Shown here piece by piece: positions 8,751 through 17,606 of a stretch of DNA of 40,140 bases. The stretch is taken from positions 1 to 40,140 of the forward strand of contig DATEVB010000238.1 in assembly GCA_035282865.1 (NCBI GenBank), written 5' to 3'. Each line of letters opens with the position of its first letter. The stretch's first letter is position 1. The DNA comes from Acidimicrobiia bacterium (GTDB lineage: Bacteria > Actinomycetota > Acidimicrobiia > Spongiisociales > UBA4744). The position numbers were made by a program, and so were the translations under genes. The notes under the pieces are model-generated. The model was not told the origin of the DNA, searched no databases, and worked only from the letters and a program-made list of their open reading frames with translations.

Positions 8751-8829
8751 ATCACCCTCCTTGTTGTCCGTTTTGTCAAACCTAGGCGATTCATGGGAGA
8801 CCGGGCGGCACACCGCCCGCCCGGGGCTG

Positions 8830-10242
8830 TCAAGAGTTCCCTACTCCCCCGGCCAGCGCTTTGACCGCGTCGATGAAACACTCCATCGGGGCCTCCACCA
8901 GGCCCGCCCCGACCATCCCTATGCCGGGTTCCTTTCCCGCCACGCCGGTGTTGATCTGAGGACGAACCCCGGTGCGTACCACCAACATCGCGTCGATCCC
9001 GGTCGGTGTGCCCCGGAACTCCAGGATGGGTATCTGGTATGAGGGATGCTCGGCCATAGTTATCTCGTACATGGCCTGGGTCCGTTGGACGGCGCCGGCC
9101 GCGGTACCACCGACGAATCCGACGATGGCCGGCGAGGCGGCCATGGCGAACCCACCCAGGCCGATCGTCTCGGTGATGGCCGAGTCTCCGATGTCCGGGT
9201 TGGCGTCGTCGGCGGTGAACGACCCGAGGAAGAGACCGTCCACGATCGGGGCCGGAGCCGTGAACCACCGGTCGCCGGTCCCCGACAGCCGGATGCCGAA
9301 CTCGGTTCCGTTGCGGGCCATGGTCGTGACCAGGCTGGAATTGGCCACCCCGGACGCCGCATCGACGACCAGCTTCCCGGCTGCCATCACCAGGTTGAGC
9401 ATGAAGTGGTCGTTCGAGTCGATGAAGGAGTACACGGCCGAACGGTCGGCAACCGGTGCGGCGTCGCTCTCCACCAGCGCGGCGCCGATGGTCCGGAGCA
9501 GCAGGGAGGTTCCCGCTCGATTGCGATTGTGCCCGTCGTCTCCCATCTGCAGAGCCTGGGCGATGAGAGAGCGCAGATCAACGGGGCCGGTCCGTCGGAG
9601 GGCGTCTCCCACCACCGGTCCCAGCACCCGTTCCATCCACCGGAGCCGCTCGATGACCTCAGGGGAATAGGCCCCGTACCGAAGGACTTTGCCGAGTCCT
9701 TCATTGAGGGTCGAGTACGCCACTCCCCCGCTTGCGGGGTCTTGTACGACCAGCACCGGCATGGAAGGGCTGATGACGCCGGCCATCGGGCCGACCGCTT
9801 GATGATGGTGGCAGGGAGAGAATTCAACCTCACCGGCTTGGAGCTTGGTTGCCGCCTCCGCGGCAGTCGCCGCGAAACCTTCGTAGAGCATGGCGCCCAT
9901 CAGGGCCCCCCGCATGGGTCCGCTGGCATCCGCCCAGGAAAGCGGCGGCCCGGCATGCAGGAACATGCGCTCGGTCAATCCGGGGATCGCCGTGCCGGCC
10001 GGGACCACATCCACCAGGTGGGGACGAACCTCGAGCAATCGGGCGACGGCGAGCTGGTTGGCTTCCGCCACCGCCGGCGTTGCCGCCAGCTTGGCGAGGG
10101 CTGCTTCGGTTCCGCCGGCCGGCGGGCTCCACTCGGTCCTCCGCACCTCGACGCTCTGCGCCTCGAGCGCACCGGCCAGCACTTCGACCCCGACCGTCAC
10201 GATCACCGGCTCGGTGTCGAGGAGGCGTTGGAGCTCACTCAT
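8830..10242 (-). CDS. DUF1116 family protein (YlbE/AllG-like)
   Basis: From memory, it aligns along most of its length to E. coli YlbE (LHAGPP, FSPCHHHQAVGPMAG, NEGLGKVLRYGAY, DSAITETIGLGG, INTGVAGKE.GIG). Start ATG 10242 overlaps the FdrA stop (ATGA). Confidence 0.85.
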   Translation of the reverse strand: MSELQRLLDTEPVIVTVGVEVLAGALEAQSVEVRRTEWSPPAGGTEAALAKLAATPAVAEANQLAVARLLEVRPHLVDVVPAGTAIPGLTERMFLHAGPPLSWADASGPMRGALMGAMLYEGFAATAAEAATKLQAGEVEFSPCHHHQAVGPMAGVISPSMPVLVVQDPASGGVAYSTLNEGLGKVLRYGAYSPEVIERLRWMERVLGPVVGDALRRTGPVDLRSLIAQALQMGDDGHNRNRAGTSLLLRTIGAALVESDAAPVADRSAVYSFIDSNDHFMLNLVMAAGKLVVDAASGVANSSLVTTMARNGTEFGIRLSGTGDRWFTAPAPIVDGLFLGSFTADDANPDIGDSAITETIGLGGFAMAASPAIVGFVGGTAAGAVQRTQAMYEITMAEHPSYQIPILEFRGTPTGIDAMLVVRTGVRPQINTGVAGKEPGIGMVGAGLVEAPMECFIDAVKALAGGVGNS

Positions 10243-11669
10243 AGGGCACCCCCTTCGACCAACGAGATTGCGTGGTTGGCTGCCGCAGCGTTGGACAGCC
10301 ACACAGATGCGCCGGCCTCGTTGAGGAGACGGGCCTGCCGATCACGATCCTGGGGATCACCCCTGGTGCCACACAGCGAAACCACCACCGCGGCTCCCTC
10401 GGCGATGGCCAGGGCGATCACCGGTGCCAGCTCAGAGGCCGGATCGGGATGGGCCCCGTGCCCGAGGACCACATCGAGCAGGACGACACCGATCTGCGGA
10501 TCATGAGCTGCAGCTTCCAGACGCTGCAACCTGAGCCGCTGGTCGATCATCGGATGGGCCCGGCCACGGGTGTATTCGTCCTCCCCGTAGTCGATGACCG
10601 TGTGACCGCCAGCCTGTTCGCGCTGAGCGATCGTCCCGAGGGAACCGGCCGCCAAGCGAGCAGCCTCGCTACTGAGGCTGCCACCCGAGAACAAGCCCCT
10701 GAGCATCCCGGGCCGATGGTCGTCCGTCGCGGCCGGCCAGGAGGCGTAGACGGGTGGCACCTTGCCCAGCAGATCCAGGGCTTGACGCACGGCTCCCTCC
10801 AGGGTGACTCCCTCTTCTCCGAGGAAGGCCAGCACGGTCGGTGTCGTGCATTCCTCGGTGGCCGCCCGCACCCGGGCGGCCACCTCGGGGGCAGGCGGTT
10901 TCGAGACCACAATCAGCACTTCGGTGCTGGGATCTGCATCGAGGGCGGCCAACCCACGCAACGTGGAAGAACCACCCACTTCGATCGACAGATCGTGGCT
11001 GCCGGTGCCCAACGCGTTACGAACTCCGACGCCGGCATCGTCAAGCAAGGAACAGAGTTGCTGGATACCGGTGCCGGCTGCACCAACGATGCCAACGGGA
11101 CCCGGTTGCACCACGTTGGCAAAGCCCAGGCCGACTCCGTTGACGATGGCCGTGCCGCAATCGGGTCCCATGACGAGCAGACCCAACCGGCCGGCGGCCT
11201 GTTTGAGCATCACCTCCTGAGCGCTCGGCACGTTGTCGCTGAACACCATCACGTCGAGCCCGTGCTGCAACGCGTCCATTGCCTCGATGAACGCATACTC
11301 GCCGGGAACCGATATCAACGCCAGAGTGGCTCCGGCGGCCGCCGATCCGACCACATGAGCAGGTGGAGCCGCCAGCATCCCGGAGTCGCGGGTGGTCCTG
11401 GCCGCCAGGGCCGCCTCGAGGACCTGTCGAGCATGATCGACCGCTTGCTCGTCGGCGGCACGCACCGCGACGATGAGGTCGTTGGGTCCGGCCTCGCCGA
11501 TCGACTCCACCTCGAATCCCATGCCGGCCAGCAACTCACGATTGAGGTCGGTCGCCATCGCCACCAAGGCCTCTTCTACCCCTTGGGCTTGCTGCAGCGA
11601 CCGGCTCACCTGCATCAGCCGCACGGAATCGTGGTAGGTGCCGCGGCGAACCTCAACGCTATCGATCAT
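10239..11669 (-). CDS. fdrA: FdrA family protein (succinyl-CoA-synthetase-alpha-like; AllF-like)
   Basis: MIDSVEVRRGTYHDSVRLMQVSR, LALISVPGEYA, VMVFSDNV, LLVMGPDCGT, VSKPP and GRAHPMID mirror E. coli FdrA. The ATG overlaps the upstream DUF2877 stop (ATGA). Confidence 0.85.
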   Translation of the reverse strand: MIDSVEVRRGTYHDSVRLMQVSRSLQQAQGVEEALVAMATDLNRELLAGMGFEVESIGEAGPNDLIVAVRAADEQAVDHARQVLEAALAARTTRDSGMLAAPPAHVVGSAAAGATLALISVPGEYAFIEAMDALQHGLDVMVFSDNVPSAQEVMLKQAAGRLGLLVMGPDCGTAIVNGVGLGFANVVQPGPVGIVGAAGTGIQQLCSLLDDAGVGVRNALGTGSHDLSIEVGGSSTLRGLAALDADPSTEVLIVVSKPPAPEVAARVRAATEECTTPTVLAFLGEEGVTLEGAVRQALDLLGKVPPVYASWPAATDDHRPGMLRGLFSGGSLSSEAARLAAGSLGTIAQREQAGGHTVIDYGEDEYTRGRAHPMIDQRLRLQRLEAAAHDPQIGVVLLDVVLGHGAHPDPASELAPVIALAIAEGAAVVVSLCGTRGDPQDRDRQARLLNEAGASVWLSNAAAANHAISLVEGGAL

Positions 11670-12505
11670 GCATTGCTCCCTTCAACAAGGAAATCGGCAG
11701 CCAACAGAATCCCGCAGGCCGTTGCTACCCCGGAGGTGTTCCCCATCATGTACAGACCGCCGACAGCCTCCTCCAGATCGCCTCTCCCGGTCAGGGCCTG
11801 GAGGAACGCCGCCACCGGATCGGCCACCTCGCCCGCCACGGCATGTCGCAGCAGCGCCGCCGACAAGGCAGTCGTGCGAAAAGGCGCCTCCATCAGGACG
11901 ATCGAAGCGACCTCGGCCACCATCCCGCCTGCCCCCACAGCACCTACCGCCGGACCCAGCAACCGCAAGCCGGACAGCATTCCGACCAGCACATCGTCCC
12001 CTTCCGGAGTGAGCCCTGCACCCCTCCCGAGCAGGGCACACATGGCGTGACGGACGGCGGCGGGATCGTTCCTCTTCAGCGACTGACCCAGGCCTCCATC
12101 GTCGGGAAATACGAATCGCGGCCGGGCATCCGCACATCTAGCGGCCACATCCTTCCGGGACACCGATCCCAGCGTTGGTCGCGGATCCCACCAGCGGACG
12201 ACCCTGACCTTTACGCTCCCTACCTCCAACCCGCCGTCTCCGACCACACAGCGGTCTCCGGATTGCGATCGGGCCGCATCGGCCGGCTCTGCCACGGTGA
12301 CGCCGTTGGGCAAACGCACCGCCTCACGCCCGGAGAGCACCAGCACATGCCCGCCCGCCTGCAGCCAAGCGGCGTTGCCCGAAGCACCCAGCAAGACCCC
12401 GGGTTTGCGGGGACCCTCCAGGAGATAACGCACCCCGCGACTAGCCGCCGCCGCCAACGACGTCGGGGCGGTCGCAATGCCCGTCGGGTGCGGCTTGGCC
12501 GGCAT
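11666..12505 (-). CDS. DUF2877 family protein (YlbF/AllH-like)
   Basis: The GAGLTPEGDDVLVGMLSGL motif is typical of DUF2877. The length (279 aa) is similar to YlbF. The start was set to ATG 12505, 10 nt after the amidohydrolase stop. Confidence 0.7.
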   Translation of the reverse strand: MPAKPHPTGIATAPTSLAAAASRGVRYLLEGPRKPGVLLGASGNAAWLQAGGHVLVLSGREAVRLPNGVTVAEPADAARSQSGDRCVVGDGGLEVGSVKVRVVRWWDPRPTLGSVSRKDVAARCADARPRFVFPDDGGLGQSLKRNDPAAVRHAMCALLGRGAGLTPEGDDVLVGMLSGLRLLGPAVGAVGAGGMVAEVASIVLMEAPFRTTALSAALLRHAVAGEVADPVAAFLQALTGRGDLEEAVGGLYMMGNTSGVATACGILLAADFLVEGSNA

Positions 12506-12515
12506 CCGTCCAGTC

Positions 12516-13616
12516 TCAGCCGAGGTCGACGATGGCTGCCACCGGGCCCCCTCCGGAAGGTCCCTGATGGATGGCCGCCACCGAGACGAACACGGCCGCA
12601 TCGTCGACGGCCGCGGCAACCACTCCCCCGACGGCACCCTTGATATGCCGATGGTGGTGCACATCGGAATCGTCGAGCGCTACCTGCCGGCGGCCGCGCA
12701 GTTTGGCGGTCGGATCCGCCTCACATTTCACGAACACGTTGACCAACCGGCCATCGAGGTCTGCCGGCCTCGCTCGATCGGGGAGGTCGAGGCCCGCCGA
12801 GCGGATCGCCTCGTAGACCCCTTCAAAATCGAGCGCATCCTTCATGACGCTGTGACCTATCCGGTACCGGCCTCCCGCGCCGCGTACGTTCCCGACGACA
12901 ACCGTTTGCGCCTGGTTCAGTTCGACACCCGACGAGCAGGAGGCCACCGAGGAATAGAGGGAGAGATCGTGGCCGATTTGATCTTCCGTCGGAATGATGT
13001 CGATTTCACCCAGGGCATAGGCGATGCCGAGCCCGGAAGTCCCGTTGGAGATGTTCATCGACTCGAGCGGCTCCTCGGTCACTACGGAATGGCCCCGCGA
13101 TTTGGCATCGTTGATAGTGTCCATCGTCAGCAGCGGCGTTTTGGTCTGCACATAGTGGACATCCGCCGGATCTTCGATGCCGGCTTCTCTCATGGCCCGC
13201 TTGACTCCCTCTGCCACCTTTTCGACCATGGCGGGCCGGCCGATGTCTTCAGGAAGAATCACCTCACTCATGGCGTAGCCAACCGCCAACCGTGGCTCAT
13301 TAGAGGGGTTGGCGTCGTCGGCCACCCGGGCAAACACCGTTGCATGTGGGGTGAGGATGCCGTCGGTTCCGCCCGACCAAACCATCGGAATCTCCTTGAC
13401 TTCCTCGAGGGGCCGGGTCCCCAGCTCCATGAGGACGTCACGGAAGGCGCGATCGGCGAGAATCCTGGTGAAGTCGTTGACGCCGCCGTTCCCTTCGGTC
13501 TTCCCGATAACGGCGATCACCTCATCGGCGCCGAACGCCCCCTGATCGATCAGCGACTTCATCCCCGACGCATCGGTGACACTCTCCAGGACGACCTTGC
13601 GTACTTCGATGGCCAT
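12516..13616 (-). CDS. ring-opening amidohydrolase of the barbiturase / cyanuric acid amidohydrolase (AtzD/TrzD) family
   Basis: 366 aa. It contains MAIEVRKV...[54 protein letters not shown] and [17 protein letters not shown]. The threefold Ser/Lys repeat pattern is typical of the family. ATG 13616 has GGGAGAG upstream. Confidence 0.85.
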   Translation of the reverse strand: MAIEVRKVVLESVTDASGMKSLIDQGAFGADEVIAVIGKTEGNGGVNDFTRILADRAFRDVLMELGTRPLEEVKEIPMVWSGGTDGILTPHATVFARVADDANPSNEPRLAVGYAMSEVILPEDIGRPAMVEKVAEGVKRAMREAGIEDPADVHYVQTKTPLLTMDTINDAKSRGHSVVTEEPLESMNISNGTSGLGIAYALGEIDIIPTEDQIGHDLSLYSSVASCSSGVELNQAQTVVVGNVRGAGGRYRIGHSVMKDALDFEGVYEAIRSAGLDLPDRARPADLDGRLVNVFVKCEADPTAKLRGRRQVALDDSDVHHHRHIKGAVGGVVAAAVDDAAVFVSVAAIHQGPSGGGPVAAIVDLG

Positions 13617-13667
13617 TACCGCTCTCCCTGCGACGAGACGGCCGCTACCCGGCGACCGTCGGGACGG

Positions 13668-13694
13668 ATGTCGTATCCACCAATACTCCGACAT
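13668..13694. promoter_or_regulatory. inverted repeat ATGTCG-N15-CGACAT (inner GTAT/ATAC) in the divergent control region
   Basis: Read directly from the sequence. It lies between the divergent starts at 13616 (-) and 13770 (+). This is a candidate operator only. Confidence 0.3.
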
Positions 13695-13769
13695 GGACCC
13701 TGACGACACTAGGGACCAACGACCCCTCAACGCTGCGGTTGGACCGGTCTGTGTGCCAGGCTGAAGGAC

Positions 13770-14207
13770 ATGGACACCTTTCTTCGAGCAGCCATCGACG
13801 AGGCAACGGCCGGATTGTCGGAGGGAGGCATCCCCATCGGCTCGGTGTTGGTGATCGACGGCGAGATAAAGGGGAGAGGTCACAACCGCCGGGTGCAACG
13901 CGGCAGCGCCATCCTCCACGCCGAGATGGACTGCCTCGAGAACGCCGGGCGGTTGGGGGCGGCCGACTACCGGCGGGCCGTGCTCTACTCCACGCTGTCC
14001 CCCTGTGACATGTGCAGCGGTGCCATCCTGCTCTACCGGATCCCGCGGGTGGTTGTGGCAGAAAACCGAACCTTCCGGGGTCCCGAAGAACACCTCCGCT
14101 CCCGGGGGGTTGAGATCGAGATCGTCGATGACCCGATCTGCATCAAGCTGATGGAGGACTTCATCGCCGCCCGACCCGAGCTGTGGGACGAGGATATCGG
14201 CGAGTAG
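13770..14207 (+). CDS. cytosine deaminase, yeast Fcy1-type (CMP/dCMP zinc-deaminase fold)
   Basis: HAEMDCLEN and [12 protein letters not shown] zinc motifs are present. GGIPIGSVL...GRGHNRR and the C-terminal [10 protein letters not shown] closely parallel S. cerevisiae Fcy1 as I recall it (PQDWFEDIGE). Confidence 0.85.
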   Translation: MDTFLRAAIDEATAGLSEGGIPIGSVLVIDGEIKGRGHNRRVQRGSAILHAEMDCLENAGRLGAADYRRAVLYSTLSPCDMCSGAILLYRIPRVVVAENRTFRGPEEHLRSRGVEIEIVDDPICIKLMEDFIAARPELWDEDIGE

Positions 14208-14260
14208 GTGCCAACCCGGACGGCCCCAAACGACCGCCACCCGGCTACCATCTGGCACTC

Positions 14261-16087
14261 ATGTCGGGTACCCCCTTCCGCAATGTGGCGCTGATCGCGC
14301 ACGTCGACCATGGCAAAACGACCCTGGTCGACGCCATGCTGTCCGCAGCCGGAGTCTTCTCCTCGCACGAGGCGCGGGTCGACCGGGTGATGGATTCGAA
14401 CGACCAGGAACGAGAGCGCGGGATCACCATCCTCGCCAAGGCGGCGTCGATCGAATGGAAAGGCACCAAGATCAACCTGGTCGACACACCAGGGCACGCC
14501 GACTTCGGGGGTGAAGTCGAGCGAGCCCTGGCACTGGTAGACGGGGTACTGCTGCTCGTCGACGCCGCCGAAGGGCCGATGCCGCAGACCCGGTACGTTC
14601 TCTCCAAGGCACTAGCTCTGCGCCTACCGGCGGTATTGGTGATCAACAAGGTGGATCGGCCCGACGCCCGGGTGGCACAGGTCATTGATGACGTATACGA
14701 GTTGTTCTTCGACCTCGACGCAGCGGATCACCACATCGAGTTTCCGATCATCTCGTGCATCGCCCGGTATGGGAAGGCGATCAGGGGAGTCGGTGTGCCC
14801 GGAGAAGGCGATGGTCTGTCTCCACTATTGGATGCCATCGTCGAGACAATTCCCGCAGCCGCCGGCAACCCGGAAGCTCCTTTGCAGGCGCTCGTCACCA
14901 ACCTCGACGCATCGGACTACCTCGGCCGGCTTGCGATTGGCCGGGTGGTCCAGGGCACCCTCCGTGCCGGTGAGCTCATTGCCCTCTGCCATTCCCACAA
15001 CGAGGAGCCTCCCCTCAGGCGAAAACTGGGCCAGTTGATGGGGTTCGCAGGGCTGGGCCGGATCGACGTCGAGGAGCGCATTGCCGGCGATCTGTTCGTC
15101 GTGGCCGGGTTCCCGGAAGTGGAGATCGGCGACACCCTGGCCGACCCAACCGATCCCCAACCTCTCCCCCGACTCGAAGTCGATGAACCGGTTCTGCGGA
15201 TGACCTTCGGCGTCAACACGTCGCCTCTCGGCGGACGCGACGGGACGCTCCTCACCTCCCGCCAGATCCGCGAACGACTGGAACGGGAGGTGCTGGGCAA
15301 TGTGTCGATCCGGATCGGGCCGACGGCCTCTCCCGAAATCATCGAGGTAGCCGGACGCGGGGAGCTACAACTGGCCGTACTGATCGAGTCGATGCGCCGC
15401 GAAGGCTTCGAACTGCAAGTCAGCCGACCCGAAGTGATCCTTCGCGAGATCGACGGCAAACCTCATGAACCGGTCGAACGGGCGGTGGTGGACGTCCCCG
15501 ATGAACACGTCGGGACCGTCACCCAGGCGGTAGCGCCACGAAAAGGACAGGTCACCGAACTACTGCCGGGCGACCGCGGGCGAACCATCGTCACCGTCAC
15601 CGCCCCCGCCCGCGGGCTCCTGGGTTTTCGGTCCTTGCTCATGACGGCGACCCGGGGCACGGCCCTCGTGCACCAGCATCACGCCGGATGGATGCCGTGG
15701 GCGGGTGAACTCCCCCACCGCCAGGGCGGGCCGATCGTATCGGACCGGGCGGGAACCTCAACCGGATACGCGCTCGACAATCTGCAGAAGCGAGGAGAGC
15801 TGTTCATCGGATCAGGAGAAGAGGTCTACGAGGGCATGATCTTCGGGGAGAACTCCCGGCCCGACGATTTACCTGCCAACCCCACCAAGCCGAAACAACT
15901 CACCAACATCCGGACGCACGCCGCCGACGAAGCTATCAGGCTGAAGCCGCCCCGGCGGTTGACCCTCGAGACCGCTATCGAGTGGATCGCGGAAGACGAA
16001 CTGGTCGAAGTCACCCCATCGGCGATCCGAGTTCGCAAACGGTATCTCACCGAAAGCGAACGGAAGCTGGCCAAGAAACGGTCCTGA
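14261..16087 (+). CDS. typA: translational GTPase TypA/BipA
   Basis: [33 protein letters not shown] and INKVDR are present, along with the characteristic BipA C-terminal region. The start was refined to ATG 14261. Confidence 0.95.
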   Translation: MSGTPFRNVALIAHVDHGKTTLVDAMLSAAGVFSSHEARVDRVMDSNDQERERGITILAKAASIEWKGTKINLVDTPGHADFGGEVERALALVDGVLLLVDAAEGPMPQTRYVLSKALALRLPAVLVINKVDRPDARVAQVIDDVYELFFDLDAADHHIEFPIISCIARYGKAIRGVGVPGEGDGLSPLLDAIVETIPAAAGNPEAPLQALVTNLDASDYLGRLAIGRVVQGTLRAGELIALCHSHNEEPPLRRKLGQLMGFAGLGRIDVEERIAGDLFVVAGFPEVEIGDTLADPTDPQPLPRLEVDEPVLRMTFGVNTSPLGGRDGTLLTSRQIRERLEREVLGNVSIRIGPTASPEIIEVAGRGELQLAVLIESMRREGFELQVSRPEVILREIDGKPHEPVERAVVDVPDEHVGTVTQAVAPRKGQVTELLPGDRGRTIVTVTAPARGLLGFRSLLMTATRGTALVHQHHAGWMPWAGELPHRQGGPIVSDRAGTSTGYALDNLQKRGELFIGSGEEVYEGMIFGENSRPDDLPANPTKPKQLTNIRTHAADEAIRLKPPRRLTLETAIEWIAEDELVEVTPSAIRVRKRYLTESERKLAKKRS

Positions 16088-16165
16088 ACCCCTCGTTCCC
16101 AATGGGACTTCCGACTCTGTGACGGGTCTCCGGGCAGGCATACGTTGGAGTTGAGGAGGTGAACC

Positions 16166-16546
16166 ATGACACAGCTCCGTGAACGTGAGCAGGTCGGTCT
16201 CACCCCACCGCCGCTGAGGATCAACCACGCACTTGAATGGGTGTTGAGCATCCTCGGAATCGCAGTCGGTGGAATCGGCGGCTATCTGTACTTCGCCAAT
16301 GCCGGGAGGACCATCGAGATCCTCGGTTGGGAGTCACAGGTGGGCGCCATTGCCGCCGGGTGGGGTTACGGCCTGCAGATCGCTGGTGCTCTGCTGCTGT
16401 TCGGCTGCTTTGCGATCTTCGCCCGGAAGATCTTCAACCGCGAGAGGTCTTGGAACCTGGCGGTAGGGACCGGGGCGATCTTTGCGACGGCCGCCCTGCT
16501 GTACGCGCTGACTTTTGCCGTCCTGTGGATCATCTGGGCAATCTGA
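16166..16546 (+). CDS. hypothetical integral membrane protein
   Basis: A GGAGG SD lies 6 nt upstream of the ATG. There are four hydrophobic helices. I recognised no family. Confidence 0.6.
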   Translation: MTQLREREQVGLTPPPLRINHALEWVLSILGIAVGGIGGYLYFANAGRTIEILGWESQVGAIAAGWGYGLQIAGALLLFGCFAIFARKIFNRERSWNLAVGTGAIFATAALLYALTFAVLWIIWAI

Positions 16547-16730
16547 CATCGGACCGCGCCGACCCGGTCAACGTGCAGTCCGATCCGCCCTGACCAGTAT
16601 CACCGCGCCCGAAGGTCGCTTCACCTTAGGTGCCGGTTCGGGAGGTGATGACACCAACCCCATCCAGGCTCAACCCACCCATGAGCGAAGACGGTAGGGA
16701 TCCACGGATCGGCCTGCACGGCCCAGCCGG

Positions 16731-17294
16731 TCAGGCCGGACGGAGCTCGGGTGGTAAATGATCCGGCCGCAGCACCTTGTCCGGAGCAATGTTGATCAAC
16801 ACGGTGCTGTCGGGCAGCCGGGAGGGCATCTCGCTCGCCACGTTTTCGATGCGATACGTTGCCCGGCGAGCAGAGGCCGCCTTCCAGAGCAGCTCGCGGG
16901 CAGCAGGTTCCGTCATGCCGTAGTCGTCCGCTTCGATCGAGGGAAGCGGGCCCACCCCCAGGATGCCCGTCACCTTGGCGCTGAGCTCGTCGTCGAGAGG
17001 CATGCTCCACCAGACGTCTGCCACCTCAACCAGGTGGCGGATGAGGGCGGGCATGTAGGGCGGGATCTCGATGGCCTCATCGTCGTCATCGTCGTGGTCG
17101 GTTCGGTCGGATGATTCCTCGTCATCGGTGAGGGCCGGTGTGGTCGCGTCGCCGACGACTCCCATCACGTCGATCAGGACGAGCGGACGATCTGACTGGA
17201 TTTCACTGCGGCCCTCGGCAACCCACTCGTCGATTTCTTCTCGCATCCGGGCTCGGACGAGCGATTGCCAGGAGGTGCCTTCGGGTGATGTCAC
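16731..17294 (-). CDS. hypothetical protein with acidic linker
   Basis: This is an ORF with high GC3. The start was chosen at GTG 17294, behind GGGAGAGGGAG; the ORF track extends to TTG 17381. There is an acidic run DHDDDDDE. I recognised no family. Confidence 0.45.
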   Translation of the reverse strand: MTSPEGTSWQSLVRARMREEIDEWVAEGRSEIQSDRPLVLIDVMGVVGDATTPALTDDEESSDRTDHDDDDDEAIEIPPYMPALIRHLVEVADVWWSMPLDDELSAKVTGILGVGPLPSIEADDYGMTEPAARELLWKAASARRATYRIENVASEMPSRLPDSTVLINIAPDKVLRPDHLPPELRPA

Positions 17295-17606
17295 GATGTC
17301 TCCCTCTCCCAGCCCATCCCTGGGGTTTGCTCCCCTCTTTTCGGCTTGCCGGCGTGATTTCTTGAATCTTTGAAATCGCAATGCCGACTACCCGTCGGTA
17401 ACGGCTCCCCGGAGGACGACGCGACGTCAGACCCGTGGATCGCGGAAACGCTCGATAGCCTCGCCCGTCTCCCACTTGGTGCATTCCTCGAGGAGTCGTA
17501 CACCGCGCTCCTGTCGGGCAGCCGCAATTGCTCACGTCGCCGCGGTGGCCGCACGGGGCGGGCCGCGCAACCATCGCCTCGACGACCTCTCGGGTACTAC
17601 TGAGTG

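Noticed and set aside
8774-8833. Two perfect TTGACA hexamers on the minus strand near the FAD-subunit start, considered as a possible internal promoter.
   Set aside because: The only -10-like hexamer at correct spacing from the proximal TTGACA abuts the ATG and lies downstream of the AAGGAGG SD, leaving no room for a transcription start. The distal hexamer has no -10 partner.
13617-14258. An N-terminal 214-aa extension of the amidohydrolase ORF (ORF track 12516..14258).
   Set aside because: The extension is antisense to the well-supported cytosine deaminase and has no family features. The family-typical N-terminus MAIEVRKV starts at 13616 with an SD. I trimmed the 5' extensions of ORFs 3057..4376, 4997..7453, 7860..8813, 8830..10302, 11666..12664, 14183.., 37242..38192 and 38043.. 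for the same kind of reason.
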